Below, in pieces: positions 8,207-15,758 of a DNA stretch of 64,000 bases. The stretch covers positions 1 to 64,000 of the IMG/VR virus record IMGVR_UViG_3300050120_000361; one strand, given 5' to 3'. Under the pieces are notes generated by a model. The model saw only the letters and a program-made list of their open reading frames with translations, was not told where the DNA came from and searched no databases. How positions within the stretch are numbered: the stretch's first letter is position 1; every line of letters starts with the position of its first letter. Made by a program: the position numbers and the translations under genes.

Positions 8207-8235
8207 GTATCCCAAAAATGATGGAATTATAAGGG
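8207..8235 (-). promoter_or_regulatory. phage promoter-like motif
   Basis: CCCTTATAA-N13-GGGATAC. Confidence 0.7.
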
Positions 8236-8299
8236 ATTTGGAAAGTTTTTTCGTTTTGTTTTCGTTTAGATGTTCAAATCCTCATCGCTTATATTATAT

Positions 8300-8326
8300 A
8301 TATCCCAAAAAACGTTATTATATAGG
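8300..8326 (-). promoter_or_regulatory. phage promoter-like motif (tandem with 8207)
   Basis: CCTATAT-N13-GGGATAT. Confidence 0.75.
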
Positions 8327-8369
8327 AATATCGGAAACTTTGTGCTAATAGGCAGTTATGGACAGTCGC

Positions 8370-8657
8370 GCGCACCGGTTATTCGGCATATTTTAAGGTT
8401 GTGCAAGGCATTTATCCTCATGGCTTTCCTACACGGCATTCAATAAATAGTGTTCCGGTGCGCTTGGATGTTATAGTCTTTGCGGGCCGGTGCGCCGGGT
8501 TGAGCCTCCAAAACTGAAAAAGCCCCTGTTTCCCAAGCATTTTTGGCATACCGACAGCATCTATGCGCACCGGATATTATCCGATAATCCAGAAACCGTT
8601 GGCATTCATCAGGGCTTTAACAGTATTCGGAGGCTTCCGCAGGATTGTCCGGTGCGC
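8370..8657. repeat. five-site inverted-repeat module C
   Basis: sites at 8370(R), 8455(L), 8487(L), 8565(R), 8649(L); spacing 85/32/78/84. Confidence 0.9.
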
Positions 8658-8670
8658 ACAGCACAACAAA

Positions 8671-8699
8671 CCCTATAAGTATTGGCGTCCAACGGATAT
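8671..8699 (+). promoter_or_regulatory. phage promoter-like motif
   Basis: CCCTATAA-N14-CGGATAT, 13 bp from module C. Confidence 0.7.
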
Positions 8700-8722
8700 A
8701 ATTTCTGTTAAAACTTACGAAC

Positions 8723-8947
8723 ATGCAACAGCACACAACCTCAGAACTAATCGACCATTTGGCCCATATCATATATGATTTGGGATGGCCCATAGTAATA
8801 CCAATAATCATACTCGCTCTGGTGCTGATGGCTCTGGTGCGCGTACTGAGATTGATATTCAAAATCCCTATATTAACATGGATTTTCGGATATATAATAT
8901 ACAAGAGAACATCAAACAAAGACAAACAACCAAAATGGAAACAATAA
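8723..8947 (+). CDS. small membrane protein
   Basis: 74 aa, long hydrophobic stretch then basic tail. Confidence 0.65.
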   Translation: MQQHTTSELIDHLAHIIYDLGWPIVIPIIILALVLMALVRVLRLIFKIPILTWIFGYIIYKRTSNKDKQPKWKQ

Positions 8948-9180
8948 CCAAAATCGTAGACGGTCTGAAAGGCCAGCCAATCTACATACAAGCAGCAGCA
9001 ATCCTTTTCGCATTAGCGTTGGGACTTTTCATCGGATTGCTGCCAAAAGTGATACTCGTTGACATCATGGGATTGCCGTTCAATCCACCAAAACTGAAAT
9101 TCTTAGGGGCCAACAGAGCCCCTAAAATTTTGCCTGTTCGGAGCGTGCGCACCAGCGCACGCTCCCAGAGCATCGTGTAA
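8935..9180 (+). CDS. small membrane protein
   Basis: 81 aa from ATG 8935; one or two hydrophobic segments. Confidence 0.6.
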   Translation: METITKIVDGLKGQPIYIQAAAILFALALGLFIGLLPKVILVDIMGLPFNPPKLKFLGANRAPKILPVRSVRTSARSQSIV

Positions 9181-9238
9181 TTAAATTGCCTTGGCAAACG
9201 CCCGCAAATACGGCAATAATTGGAAATGCCCGGTGCGC
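9147..9238. repeat. single 92-bp inverted-repeat unit
   Basis: GCGCACCAG 9147, CCGGTGCGC 9230; central TTGCCTTGGCAAAC; left arm inside hairpin GAGCGTGCGC/GCGCACGCTC. Confidence 0.85.
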
Positions 9239-9253
9239 GTGAATGTCTTAAAT

Positions 9254-9281
9254 CCCTATCTTTTCGGCTTGCATGGGATAT
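9254..9281 (+). promoter_or_regulatory. phage promoter-like motif
   Basis: CCCTATCT-N13-GGGATAT. Confidence 0.7.
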
Positions 9282-9306
9282 AGGAAACTAAGAAACATAC
9301 AATAAC

Positions 9307-9582
9307 ATGGAAGACAACACGAAAACAGACAGCACCGAGCAAAAAGCTCAGGTGGAAATTGGGCCAATGCCCACGCTGCACGAGGACATGGTGCTCACTT
9401 GGCAGGAGGCCGACATGCTCGCCGCTTTCAGGCTGATGGGACTTACCCCAGAAACGGTGGTAGTCCTCATAAGGGGCACGATTGACATACTGTCAATAAG
9501 GACGGGCGGAACGGAGCAAATCAGGCTTCTTACCCAAAAGGAGAACCTCAGCTCACTGTTGAACCTTTTAACGGTAAAATAA
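9307..9582 (+). CDS. hypothetical protein
   Basis: 91 aa, follows promoter. Confidence 0.75.
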   Translation: MEDNTKTDSTEQKAQVEIGPMPTLHEDMVLTWQEADMLAAFRLMGLTPETVVVLIRGTIDILSIRTGGTEQIRLLTQKENLSSLLNLLTVK

Positions 9583-9998
9583 TGGAAAAGGTAAGAATAT
9601 CAAAGCACAAGACCCTCGGCTACATTGAAGTACAATTCGAGTTCGATGAGGAGAACGCCACGGGCAAGGAGGCCATAGTAAGGGGCATATCACAGCCTGG
9701 AAGCTACACCGTGAAGCAGAAGGACTACAAATCCTCTGAAATTGAGGTTGACTGCTGGGACGGGGTGTATGAAAAGGGCGTTGTGGCGCATCTCGCCAAG
9801 GGGCTCCTGCTGCTCGCCGTGGACCCAAATGACGGCATGATTGAGCACCTGCACCTGATGAACGTCAGGGCGATAAGGTGTCCAGCGAAGGGCGAGCGAA
9901 TACTGATTGAGTGGATTAACTACGCGCACATCGAGCAGAACCGCAAGACGTACGCCACGGACATCTGCATAGTCAACGAAACCCTCTGGAATGACTAA
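9582..9998 (+). CDS. hypothetical protein
   Basis: 138 aa, TAATG coupling. Confidence 0.75.
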   Translation: MEKVRISKHKTLGYIEVQFEFDEENATGKEAIVRGISQPGSYTVKQKDYKSSEIEVDCWDGVYEKGVVAHLAKGLLLLAVDPNDGMIEHLHLMNVRAIRCPAKGERILIEWINYAHIEQNRKTYATDICIVNETLWND

Positions 9999-10075
9999 AA
10001 TTGTGAAAATGACGGTAGACGCGATAGTCGTGGTCATACGTACGCTTTAAGACATGTTTTCTTATGTGTTGTCAA

Positions 10076-10120
10076 ATGCCTGCTGGTTAAAATCAGCGGG
10101 CTTTGTCCGTTAAAAAACAA
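10076..10120 (+). promoter_or_regulatory. cassette hairpin + linker
   Basis: GCCTGCTG/CAGCGGGC stem then TTTGTCCGTTAAAAAAC, like the 4496 element. Confidence 0.6.
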
Positions 10121-10129
10121 ACCATTAAA

Positions 10130-10651
10130 ATGAAAAAGACAAGACCATCGCACTTCACGAATTACCCGTGGAGCAGCGTAAAGCAGAAATCCGAATGGGA
10201 GTCGATAGCGCAGAACATCATGAGAGTGATGTCAGAGCACGGCAACGACTTCTCGATAGGCCTCAGCCTGGAACAGTACACCGCCTACAGGGAAAAGGAG
10301 GGCGGTTCGGTGCGCATCTCCCAAGAGAGTTTTGATGAACTTATGGAGTACTGCAAAAGCGCTGAAACGGCTAAGCTGTTCAGTAAGGACTGGAAAGACG
10401 GCGTGCACATGGAAGTATTCGGCAACGACGAAAAGACCTCCAATGAAGACCATAACTCTCGCGAGATAAGCGTTGTAATGACTGTTGGGAACCGCGGGCT
10501 CATTGAAGCCGCCTTGAACCATTACTGGAACGACGCCAACGCCAACCTGCAGCGCAGCGACCTGGGCGACCTTGAGCGCTTTATGTACGAAAAGACCAAG
10601 ACATCCACAAAGGAATTGCTAATGGTTATTGACCTAAACTGGTACCTGTAA
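10130..10651 (+). CDS. hypothetical protein
   Basis: 173 aa from ATG 10130; HFTNYPWSSV motif. Confidence 0.75.
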   Translation: MKKTRPSHFTNYPWSSVKQKSEWESIAQNIMRVMSEHGNDFSIGLSLEQYTAYREKEGGSVRISQESFDELMEYCKSAETAKLFSKDWKDGVHMEVFGNDEKTSNEDHNSREISVVMTVGNRGLIEAALNHYWNDANANLQRSDLGDLERFMYEKTKTSTKELLMVIDLNWYL

Positions 10652-10655
10652 ACAT

Positions 10656-11372
10656 ATGGAACTTTCAAAGAAAGAACAGGACCTGATGCTCAGAGCATTG
10701 GGTTTCCTCCGCAAGGCAATGGCGTGTTCGGAAGAGCAGGAAGACCTGGAAAACGAAAAGGCCCTGGCATCGATGATGGTTTCCGTTAAGGAGGCGCCAA
10801 CCTACGAGAGCACCTCGCGCTACCAGATAGCATCCTTCAAGGAGGACAAGCAACTGATGGTGATGCTCCACAGGGACCTGCTCGCGGCTCTGAAGCCTAT
10901 TGACAGGAAGTACGGCGTTAGGATAACTGGCGGAACGCTCAGGTATGAGGACAAGGGTTTCGGATTGCGCCTGCAGTGCGTGATACCAGCAGGGAGCATG
11001 GAACAGCTCGTAGCGGGGCTCCGCGAGGGCGACCAGTTCAAGCGCAAGGGCACCATATTCACGGTAACATCGATAGACCATCAAACAAAAAAGGTTTCGG
11101 CAATCACCGAGCGCAGGAAGCGGTACCTTGTAAGGTTCGACCAGCTGATGCAGATGATTAAGGTTGAGCGTTTCGCCGGCGGCGCGATGGCCTTTAAGGA
11201 GCTTCAGACATTCGTCAACGTTTCAGAGGCAACCAGGGATGTTGACCAATTGGACTTCGCGAACCTGCCCGTCGGGGACGGAAACGGTGAGATTGTCGTT
11301 GACGAGCCGCTAAAGAAGAAGCTCCTGATTAATGGCAAGCTTTGGAACGTGGACGACATAGAGGTTATCTGA
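10656..11372 (+). CDS. hypothetical protein
   Basis: 238 aa; ends DDIEVI. Confidence 0.8.
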   Translation: MELSKKEQDLMLRALGFLRKAMACSEEQEDLENEKALASMMVSVKEAPTYESTSRYQIASFKEDKQLMVMLHRDLLAALKPIDRKYGVRITGGTLRYEDKGFGLRLQCVIPAGSMEQLVAGLREGDQFKRKGTIFTVTSIDHQTKKVSAITERRKRYLVRFDQLMQMIKVERFAGGAMAFKELQTFVNVSEATRDVDQLDFANLPVGDGNGEIVVDEPLKKKLLINGKLWNVDDIEVI

Positions 11373-11397
11373 TAATTCAGACCAAATGAAAACGCTA

Positions 11398-11426
11398 GGG
11401 CCCGACGGAAATCCGTCGGGCCCTTT
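11398..11426 (+). terminator. terminator of plus-strand island
   Basis: GGGCCCGACGG-AAAT-CCGTCGGGCCC-TTT. Confidence 0.75.
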
Positions 11427-11517
11427 ACGTCTTGTTTAAATGCTGTAAACCAATTCTGATGAAGCCGTACAATTACATCACCAGTTAAGGTAAGGGGAAC
11501 CCTCGCGGTTCCCACCC

Positions 11518-11551
11518 AAAAAAGCCCTGTGGAATTTCCACAGGGCTTTTT
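11518..11551. terminator. bidirectional terminator
   Basis: AAAAAAGCCCTGTGGA-ATT-TCCACAGGGCTTTTT. Confidence 0.8.
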
Positions 11552-11583
11552 ATCATTCCGATTGAACGGGGCAGGTGGGGAGG

Positions 11584-12150
11584 TTACAATACCTCTACGC
11601 CTTCGTTCTTTTTGGTGTTCGGGTCTGCTAACAATGCAGCGCGTTTCGAAGCTGCGTCCATACCTGACAGTGATGCCAAGAAGTCTGCCGATACTTCGTA
11701 AAGGTCGCCGCTGATGCTTACCTGGATCAGTTTTGTTTTCGCGGTTGTTGCGCGACGGGCGTAGAATGATTTTACGTTGTTCAGCGTTGAAGCCGCTTTC
11801 TGCAAGCCATTGATAACTGCCAATTCTGTTTGGAAGTCGCCGTCGATGTAATTTTTGAACTCTTCCGAACCGCCGAAGCTTTCGATAACCGAAGCCTTAA
11901 CCGGAGCTGAAGCGTCTTTGTCATGCCATACCGGCACCAGGCTCAATACCTTCGCGAAGTTAGCGCTAACGCCGAACTCGTTGATTTTGGCAACTGCAGC
12001 TGTAAGGCCGGCAATTTCTTCAGGGGTTAATTCTTTCGGCTCTTTTGAGCTTTTCTTGGTTTCAGTACCTTCAGCCGGTGCTGTTGAAGTTTCCAAATCG
12101 GAAACGTTTAATTCCTGGTCTTCAGCAGGAGATTGTGCGTCGTTTGACAT
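11584..12150 (-). CDS. early paralogue-family protein (188 aa)
   Basis: aligns with 7404-8165. Confidence 0.8.
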   Translation of the reverse strand: MSNDAQSPAEDQELNVSDLETSTAPAEGTETKKSSKEPKELTPEEIAGLTAAVAKINEFGVSANFAKVLSLVPVWHDKDASAPVKASVIESFGGSEEFKNYIDGDFQTELAVINGLQKAASTLNNVKSFYARRATTAKTKLIQVSISGDLYEVSADFLASLSGMDAASKRAALLADPNTKKNEGVEVL

Positions 12151-12209
12151 GTTATTGGTGTTTAATGATTAATTAATTATTTTTGTTATCTCTTGTTATT
12201 CGGTATTTC

Positions 12210-12524
12210 CTATATCTCAAGGACTGGTGGGGCCGAGGCTATTATCTCATCGATGAGCTTTTGCTTGCTCTTCTCCGACTTCATCTCCTTCAGCCTCTCG
12301 TACATCACCAGGCTTATCGTGTAGTGTCTGCCCTTGAGGGTGACGGCTATGCTTCCTGTTGGCGTGCGTGGCTTCTTAGCCTTTTCCTCTTTGACTCGAG
12401 CAGTCTGTTCGGCAAGTTTTTGTTCGAGCTCGTTGAACTGGTCTATGTCGAGGTTGTTCCAATCAACCTGTGAAAAGTCGATTATTTCGGTTTCCTTTTG
12501 ACCTTGCGCATTTACGTTGCTCAT
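12210..12524 (-). CDS. early paralogue-family protein (104 aa)
   Basis: shares the C-terminal V-x-I/L-x-G-x2-Y module. Confidence 0.75.
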   Translation of the reverse strand: MSNVNAQGQKETEIIDFSQVDWNNLDIDQFNELEQKLAEQTARVKEEKAKKPRTPTGSIAVTLKGRHYTISLVMYERLKEMKSEKSKQKLIDEIIASAPPVLEI

Positions 12525-12578
12525 ATACAGGCCTCCTTACTTTCTCATGTTTTAATATGTTTTTCTCTTATGATTATA

Positions 12579-12606
12579 TTATCCTTGAAAAGGAATTAAT
12601 ATAGGG
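12579..12606 (-). promoter_or_regulatory. phage promoter-like motif
   Basis: CCCTATAT-N13-AGGATAA. Confidence 0.7.
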
Positions 12607-12690
12607 AGAATAGGGCAAAATGGCAAACTATTTTAAAATTGTCTTTGGACTGGATTTGCGTGGTATCGGGTCGGATATAGGCCGGACAGT

Positions 12691-12984
12691 TTATCCTCTG
12701 CTCGGCCTTGGCATGCCCAGCCTTCCGCACATTTCGTCAATGGTCTTGCTCTCAGACGATGCAGGCATGTAGTCGACGCACAGGACGCCCTCATGCGCCA
12801 CGTAGCCGAACTCCACCACTATCCACTTGGCCCTTTCGAAAATTCGCTCACCATAGGAGTAGTCGTAATCGTGCCGTAAAGCGTTGAATTTGGCTTTCCA
12901 CTCCTCGTTCAGGAATGCTCCCGTCTTTTGGTGCATGCCCCTTTCTTCCAGGGCTGTTTTGTCAGACTCTTCGGTATTTTCCAT
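12691..12984 (-). CDS. hypothetical protein
   Basis: 97 aa. Confidence 0.7.
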   Translation of the reverse strand: MENTEESDKTALEERGMHQKTGAFLNEEWKAKFNALRHDYDYSYGERIFERAKWIVVEFGYVAHEGVLCVDYMPASSESKTIDEMCGRLGMPRPSRG

Positions 12985-12988
12985 GATA

Positions 12989-13267
12989 TTATTGCTGCTG
13001 GGTTGCTATCTTTTTCTGGTCCTGCTCGTGCTGCCAAGACATGTTGTTCTCAACCGTTCCGTATATGTGCAGTTCCATGAACAGGTCATACTCCTCCTTG
13101 GTTATCTCCTGCCACGATATGATGCTGTACCTGTAGTTGCTGCCGTCGTTCATTTCCTTAACGGCCCTGAACGGGTGCTTGTCCTTGCTGACGCAAGACA
13201 GAACCGCCATGTGCGGCGGTTCGTAGTACTGGGCCGCCGAGTAGAAGTAGTGTTTGGTTCTCGCCAT
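12989..13267 (-). CDS. hypothetical protein
   Basis: 92 aa. Confidence 0.7.
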   Translation of the reverse strand: MARTKHYFYSAAQYYEPPHMAVLSCVSKDKHPFRAVKEMNDGSNYRYSIISWQEITKEEYDLFMELHIYGTVENNMSWQHEQDQKKIATQQQ

Positions 13268-13271
13268 TGTC

Positions 13272-14123
13272 TTATTGTCTAAATGGGCAAAGTAAACAGG
13301 CGTTTTGACACCTTATCGGGTTCGTGGCGGAAATCACGTTCACTATCGGCTTCCACCTGTTGTTGTTCTCGTATGTTATCAGTTTAGTTATGGTGCCGTC
13401 CCTTTCCGTCCATGAGTTGTTCAGGCCGAACGGAAGCAGTTCGCGCACGCCAATCAGGCTTTCTTCGCCCTTGTCGACCGTCAGTATGGCCTCATACTTC
13501 TTGAGGAGCTTGTAGTAGTCGCGCGTGAAGGACTCGGTCTTTATCAGGTAAGGCATTATTCCCTTGGTTGAGGGGCGCTTGTTTATGTTGTTGTTTGCCA
13601 CCATGTACTTGGTGGCACCCTTCTTCTTGAGGTATTCGGGCTGCGGCTTGTCGTCGGCGTACCTGTAGGAAAGCAGCTGGACCCGAAGGTTCCTGAGCCT
13701 GAGTATCTTGAACTCCGTGAAGACGCGCAGGAGCAGCTCAAGAGCCCTGAGCCCGTTGTCGTTGGACAGGACAGGGTTCACGAAAACCAGCACCTGCTTG
13801 GCCGGGAACCCTCCCCTTATGAGCTTTGCGAGCTGGAAGAACGTCTCCTTTACCGATGGGATGTTCGGCTCGAGCGTGGTTTTGCCCATGCCCGTAATGT
13901 TGACGTGCAGGTATATGCGGGCCTGCTCCCTTATGCAGAACTCCACGAAATCATCGCTGAGCCTCTTGGTGAGTATCACGTTTATCTCCGTAAGCTGGGG
14001 GACCCATGCAAAATTGACATTGCATGGGTCCCCAGACTTCCAGTAGGATATTGTTGGCCTGTCGCGCCACTCCCTTATGTTGGGGAGTTCGTTACGCTGC
14101 CTTAGTTCGCTGAGTGTCGCCAA
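13272..14123 (-). CDS. DUF1848/spore-photoproduct-lyase-like protein
   Basis: ILTK...YLHVNITGMG..LEPNIP...GFP...VNPV and terminal C-x3-C-x2-C (CQNACLLC). Confidence 0.5.
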   Translation of the reverse strand: MATLSELRQRNELPNIREWRDRPTISYWKSGDPCNVNFAWVPQLTEINVILTKRLSDDFVEFCIREQARIYLHVNITGMGKTTLEPNIPSVKETFFQLAKLIRGGFPAKQVLVFVNPVLSNDNGLRALELLLRVFTEFKILRLRNLRVQLLSYRYADDKPQPEYLKKKGATKYMVANNNINKRPSTKGIMPYLIKTESFTRDYYKLLKKYEAILTVDKGEESLIGVRELLPFGLNNSWTERDGTITKLITYENNNRWKPIVNVISATNPIRCQNACLLCPFRQ

Positions 14124-14649
14124 TGCTTATATGGTTAATGTGCTTCAACTCCTCAAAAGAGCGCACGGTTTCAATGCAGCTCTGCTTTATGTGCTCCGGG
14201 TGGAAGGCGGATATGAACTCGAGCACGCCCGTAAGCGCCGTGGGGTTGAAGTGCTTGACGTCCTCGCCGTTCTCCTCAATTCCCCACACGTTGCTTTCAG
14301 CAAGGTATGACAGCACCACCGGCGTGTCCCCGCGCGTGGTGAGCATCAGCTTGGGCATGTCCTTCTGCCTGATGCCTGCTGCGGCAAGCGCCTTTGTGTC
14401 CCTTCCCATCCTGAACATCGTGGCAAGGAACACCTGGTATGGCGTTAGCTTGTCGATGTCGTTGAGGTCGATTTCCTCAATTTTGTTGTTTTTCATTTCT
14501 TCAAAGTTTTTGAACGCCTCGCACAGGTGATGTCTTTTGTGCGTTCGTATTTCCTTACGTGGGCCGCTTTTCACGTCAGGAAATACGAGAGGCTTGTTTT
14601 GGTTACGGCCTTTCCTCTTTCTTTCATCGGTTCGGTTATGGTACCCCAT
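14092..14649 (-). CDS. hypothetical protein
   Basis: 185 aa, follows promoter motif. Confidence 0.7.
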   Translation of the reverse strand: MGYHNRTDERKRKGRNQNKPLVFPDVKSGPRKEIRTHKRHHLCEAFKNFEEMKNNKIEEIDLNDIDKLTPYQVFLATMFRMGRDTKALAAAGIRQKDMPKLMLTTRGDTPVVLSYLAESNVWGIEENGEDVKHFNPTALTGVLEFISAFHPEHIKQSCIETVRSFEELKHINHISIGDTQRTKAA

Positions 14650-14680
14650 GGTAGTAAAATATTTAACTGTGATGTAAATT

Positions 14681-14707
14681 ATATCCTATGGCTTTGGATT
14701 GTATAGG
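14681..14707 (-). promoter_or_regulatory. phage promoter-like motif
   Basis: CCTATAC-N13-AGGATAT. Confidence 0.75.
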
Positions 14708-14755
14708 CTATCAGTTCGGTTTCGAGAAAACTATTTAACTGACTGCTTTGAAGAG

Positions 14756-14989
14756 TTAGCGCCTGTTTTTTGGCTTGAGCAACTCGAGGTCCACTGGCCT
14801 GAAGCCGAGGAAGTAGTCCATTTCAGGCATGAAGACGAAGACCTTGCCCTCTTTTTCGGGACCCATCACGGTTCCCGTCAGGCCAACGAAATACTCGTGC
14901 CCGTCGCCAATTGCTTTGTGGTGCTGTCCGTCGGAAACTGAAACAATTTCGACTTCGTCGCCTTCCTGGTATTCTGGTTCATTACTCAT
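14756..14989 (-). CDS. small SH3/KOW-like beta protein
   Basis: 77 aa; GDEVEIV...GLTGTV...VFV pattern. Confidence 0.5.
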   Translation of the reverse strand: MSNEPEYQEGDEVEIVSVSDGQHHKAIGDGHEYFVGLTGTVMGPEKEGKVFVFMPEMDYFLGFRPVDLELLKPKNRR

Positions 14990-15158
14990 TGTCTTTGATT
15001 TTTATGGTTCTTTTGCGGGAGCGTATCTCCGATACGAGCCTGTCCCTTGCGGACTTGCCTGCGGAGTAGGCGTACCATATTATGTACGCTGTAACGCTGA
15101 AACCAGTAAATGCTATAGCTATAGCCCAGAACTTCAGTGCTCCCATAAGCCTAAACAT
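14982..15158 (-). CDS. small membrane protein (58 aa, MFRLMGALKF...)
   Basis: read by hand; one TM then basic tail; fills the gap with short overlaps. Confidence 0.65.
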   Translation of the reverse strand: MFRLMGALKFWAIAIAFTGFSVTAYIIWYAYSAGKSARDRLVSEIRSRKRTIKIKDNE

Positions 15159-15489
15159 TTGGGACGCGTTCGGGTATCAAGTCCTTGCGGGACAATTGCC
15201 TGTGCATTTCGAAGAGCGCCGTCTTTAGCGACGAAATCACCATAGGAGCTTCAGGGTGCCGGGGGCTCCTTGAGTCTGGGAAGTTCGTGCGGTACTGCAC
15301 AACCCACAGCGCCCCGCCGCCGTCTATTGAAATCGAAAGCCCGAATGGCTCGCAATGGTAAAGCTTTTTTGGAAGCCTCTCGAGCAGTTCCTCTATGGTG
15401 AATTTCCTTTCGACTTCGCGCTGAGTCTTGATGCGCACGATGCCCGTTTCAGCTACTTCCTGCGCCTTTGTCTTCTTTTCAGTTTCCAT
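15151..15489 (-). CDS. hypothetical protein
   Basis: 112 aa. Confidence 0.7.
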   Translation of the reverse strand: METEKKTKAQEVAETGIVRIKTQREVERKFTIEELLERLPKKLYHCEPFGLSISIDGGGALWVVQYRTNFPDSRSPRHPEAPMVISSLKTALFEMHRQLSRKDLIPERVPNV

Positions 15490-15703
15490 TTCCTGTCCTC
15501 CGCTTCGCTGTCCATAGTATTCTGGCTATTCTCCATAGCCCGAGAAGCAGGCCTGCCGAGCCGAGCAATGTCGCCCCGCCGAGGCATGCGTTGGAAAGCA
15601 CGCCAAACCACCAAAGCATTAACAGCGCCCCGGACGCGAGCAGAAGCACTACCGCGAAAACCCCCTCGCCTCCGTAGTTCAGTTCATTCTTGTCTATTTT
15701 CAT
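15479..15703 (-). CDS. small membrane protein
   Basis: 74 aa, two hydrophobic segments. Confidence 0.7.
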   Translation of the reverse strand: MKIDKNELNYGGEGVFAVVLLLASGALLMLWWFGVLSNACLGGATLLGSAGLLLGLWRIARILWTAKRRTGNGN

Positions 15704-15730
15704 GATTTTTATGATTTATCGTTGCTCCAC

Positions 15731-15758
15731 ATATCCCATGGGATATGGTGTTATAGGG
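15731..15758 (-). promoter_or_regulatory. phage promoter-like motif
   Basis: CCCTATAA-N13-GGGATAT. Confidence 0.8.

Noticed and set aside
8274-8285. Three-codon ORF (MRI) between the tandem promoters as a leader peptide
   Set aside because: Too short to distinguish from chance, and no attenuator structure follows.
8834-8842. Lone CTGGTGCGC site as part of a ninth unit
   Set aside because: No partner arm about 85 bp upstream; it lies in coding sequence (LVR) and may be coincidental.
5738-9238. CRISPR or mini-CRISPR array
   Set aside because: The repeats are only 9 bp, alternate in orientation, have 74-77 bp inner spacers that share a motif, and are interrupted by genes. No cas genes are present.
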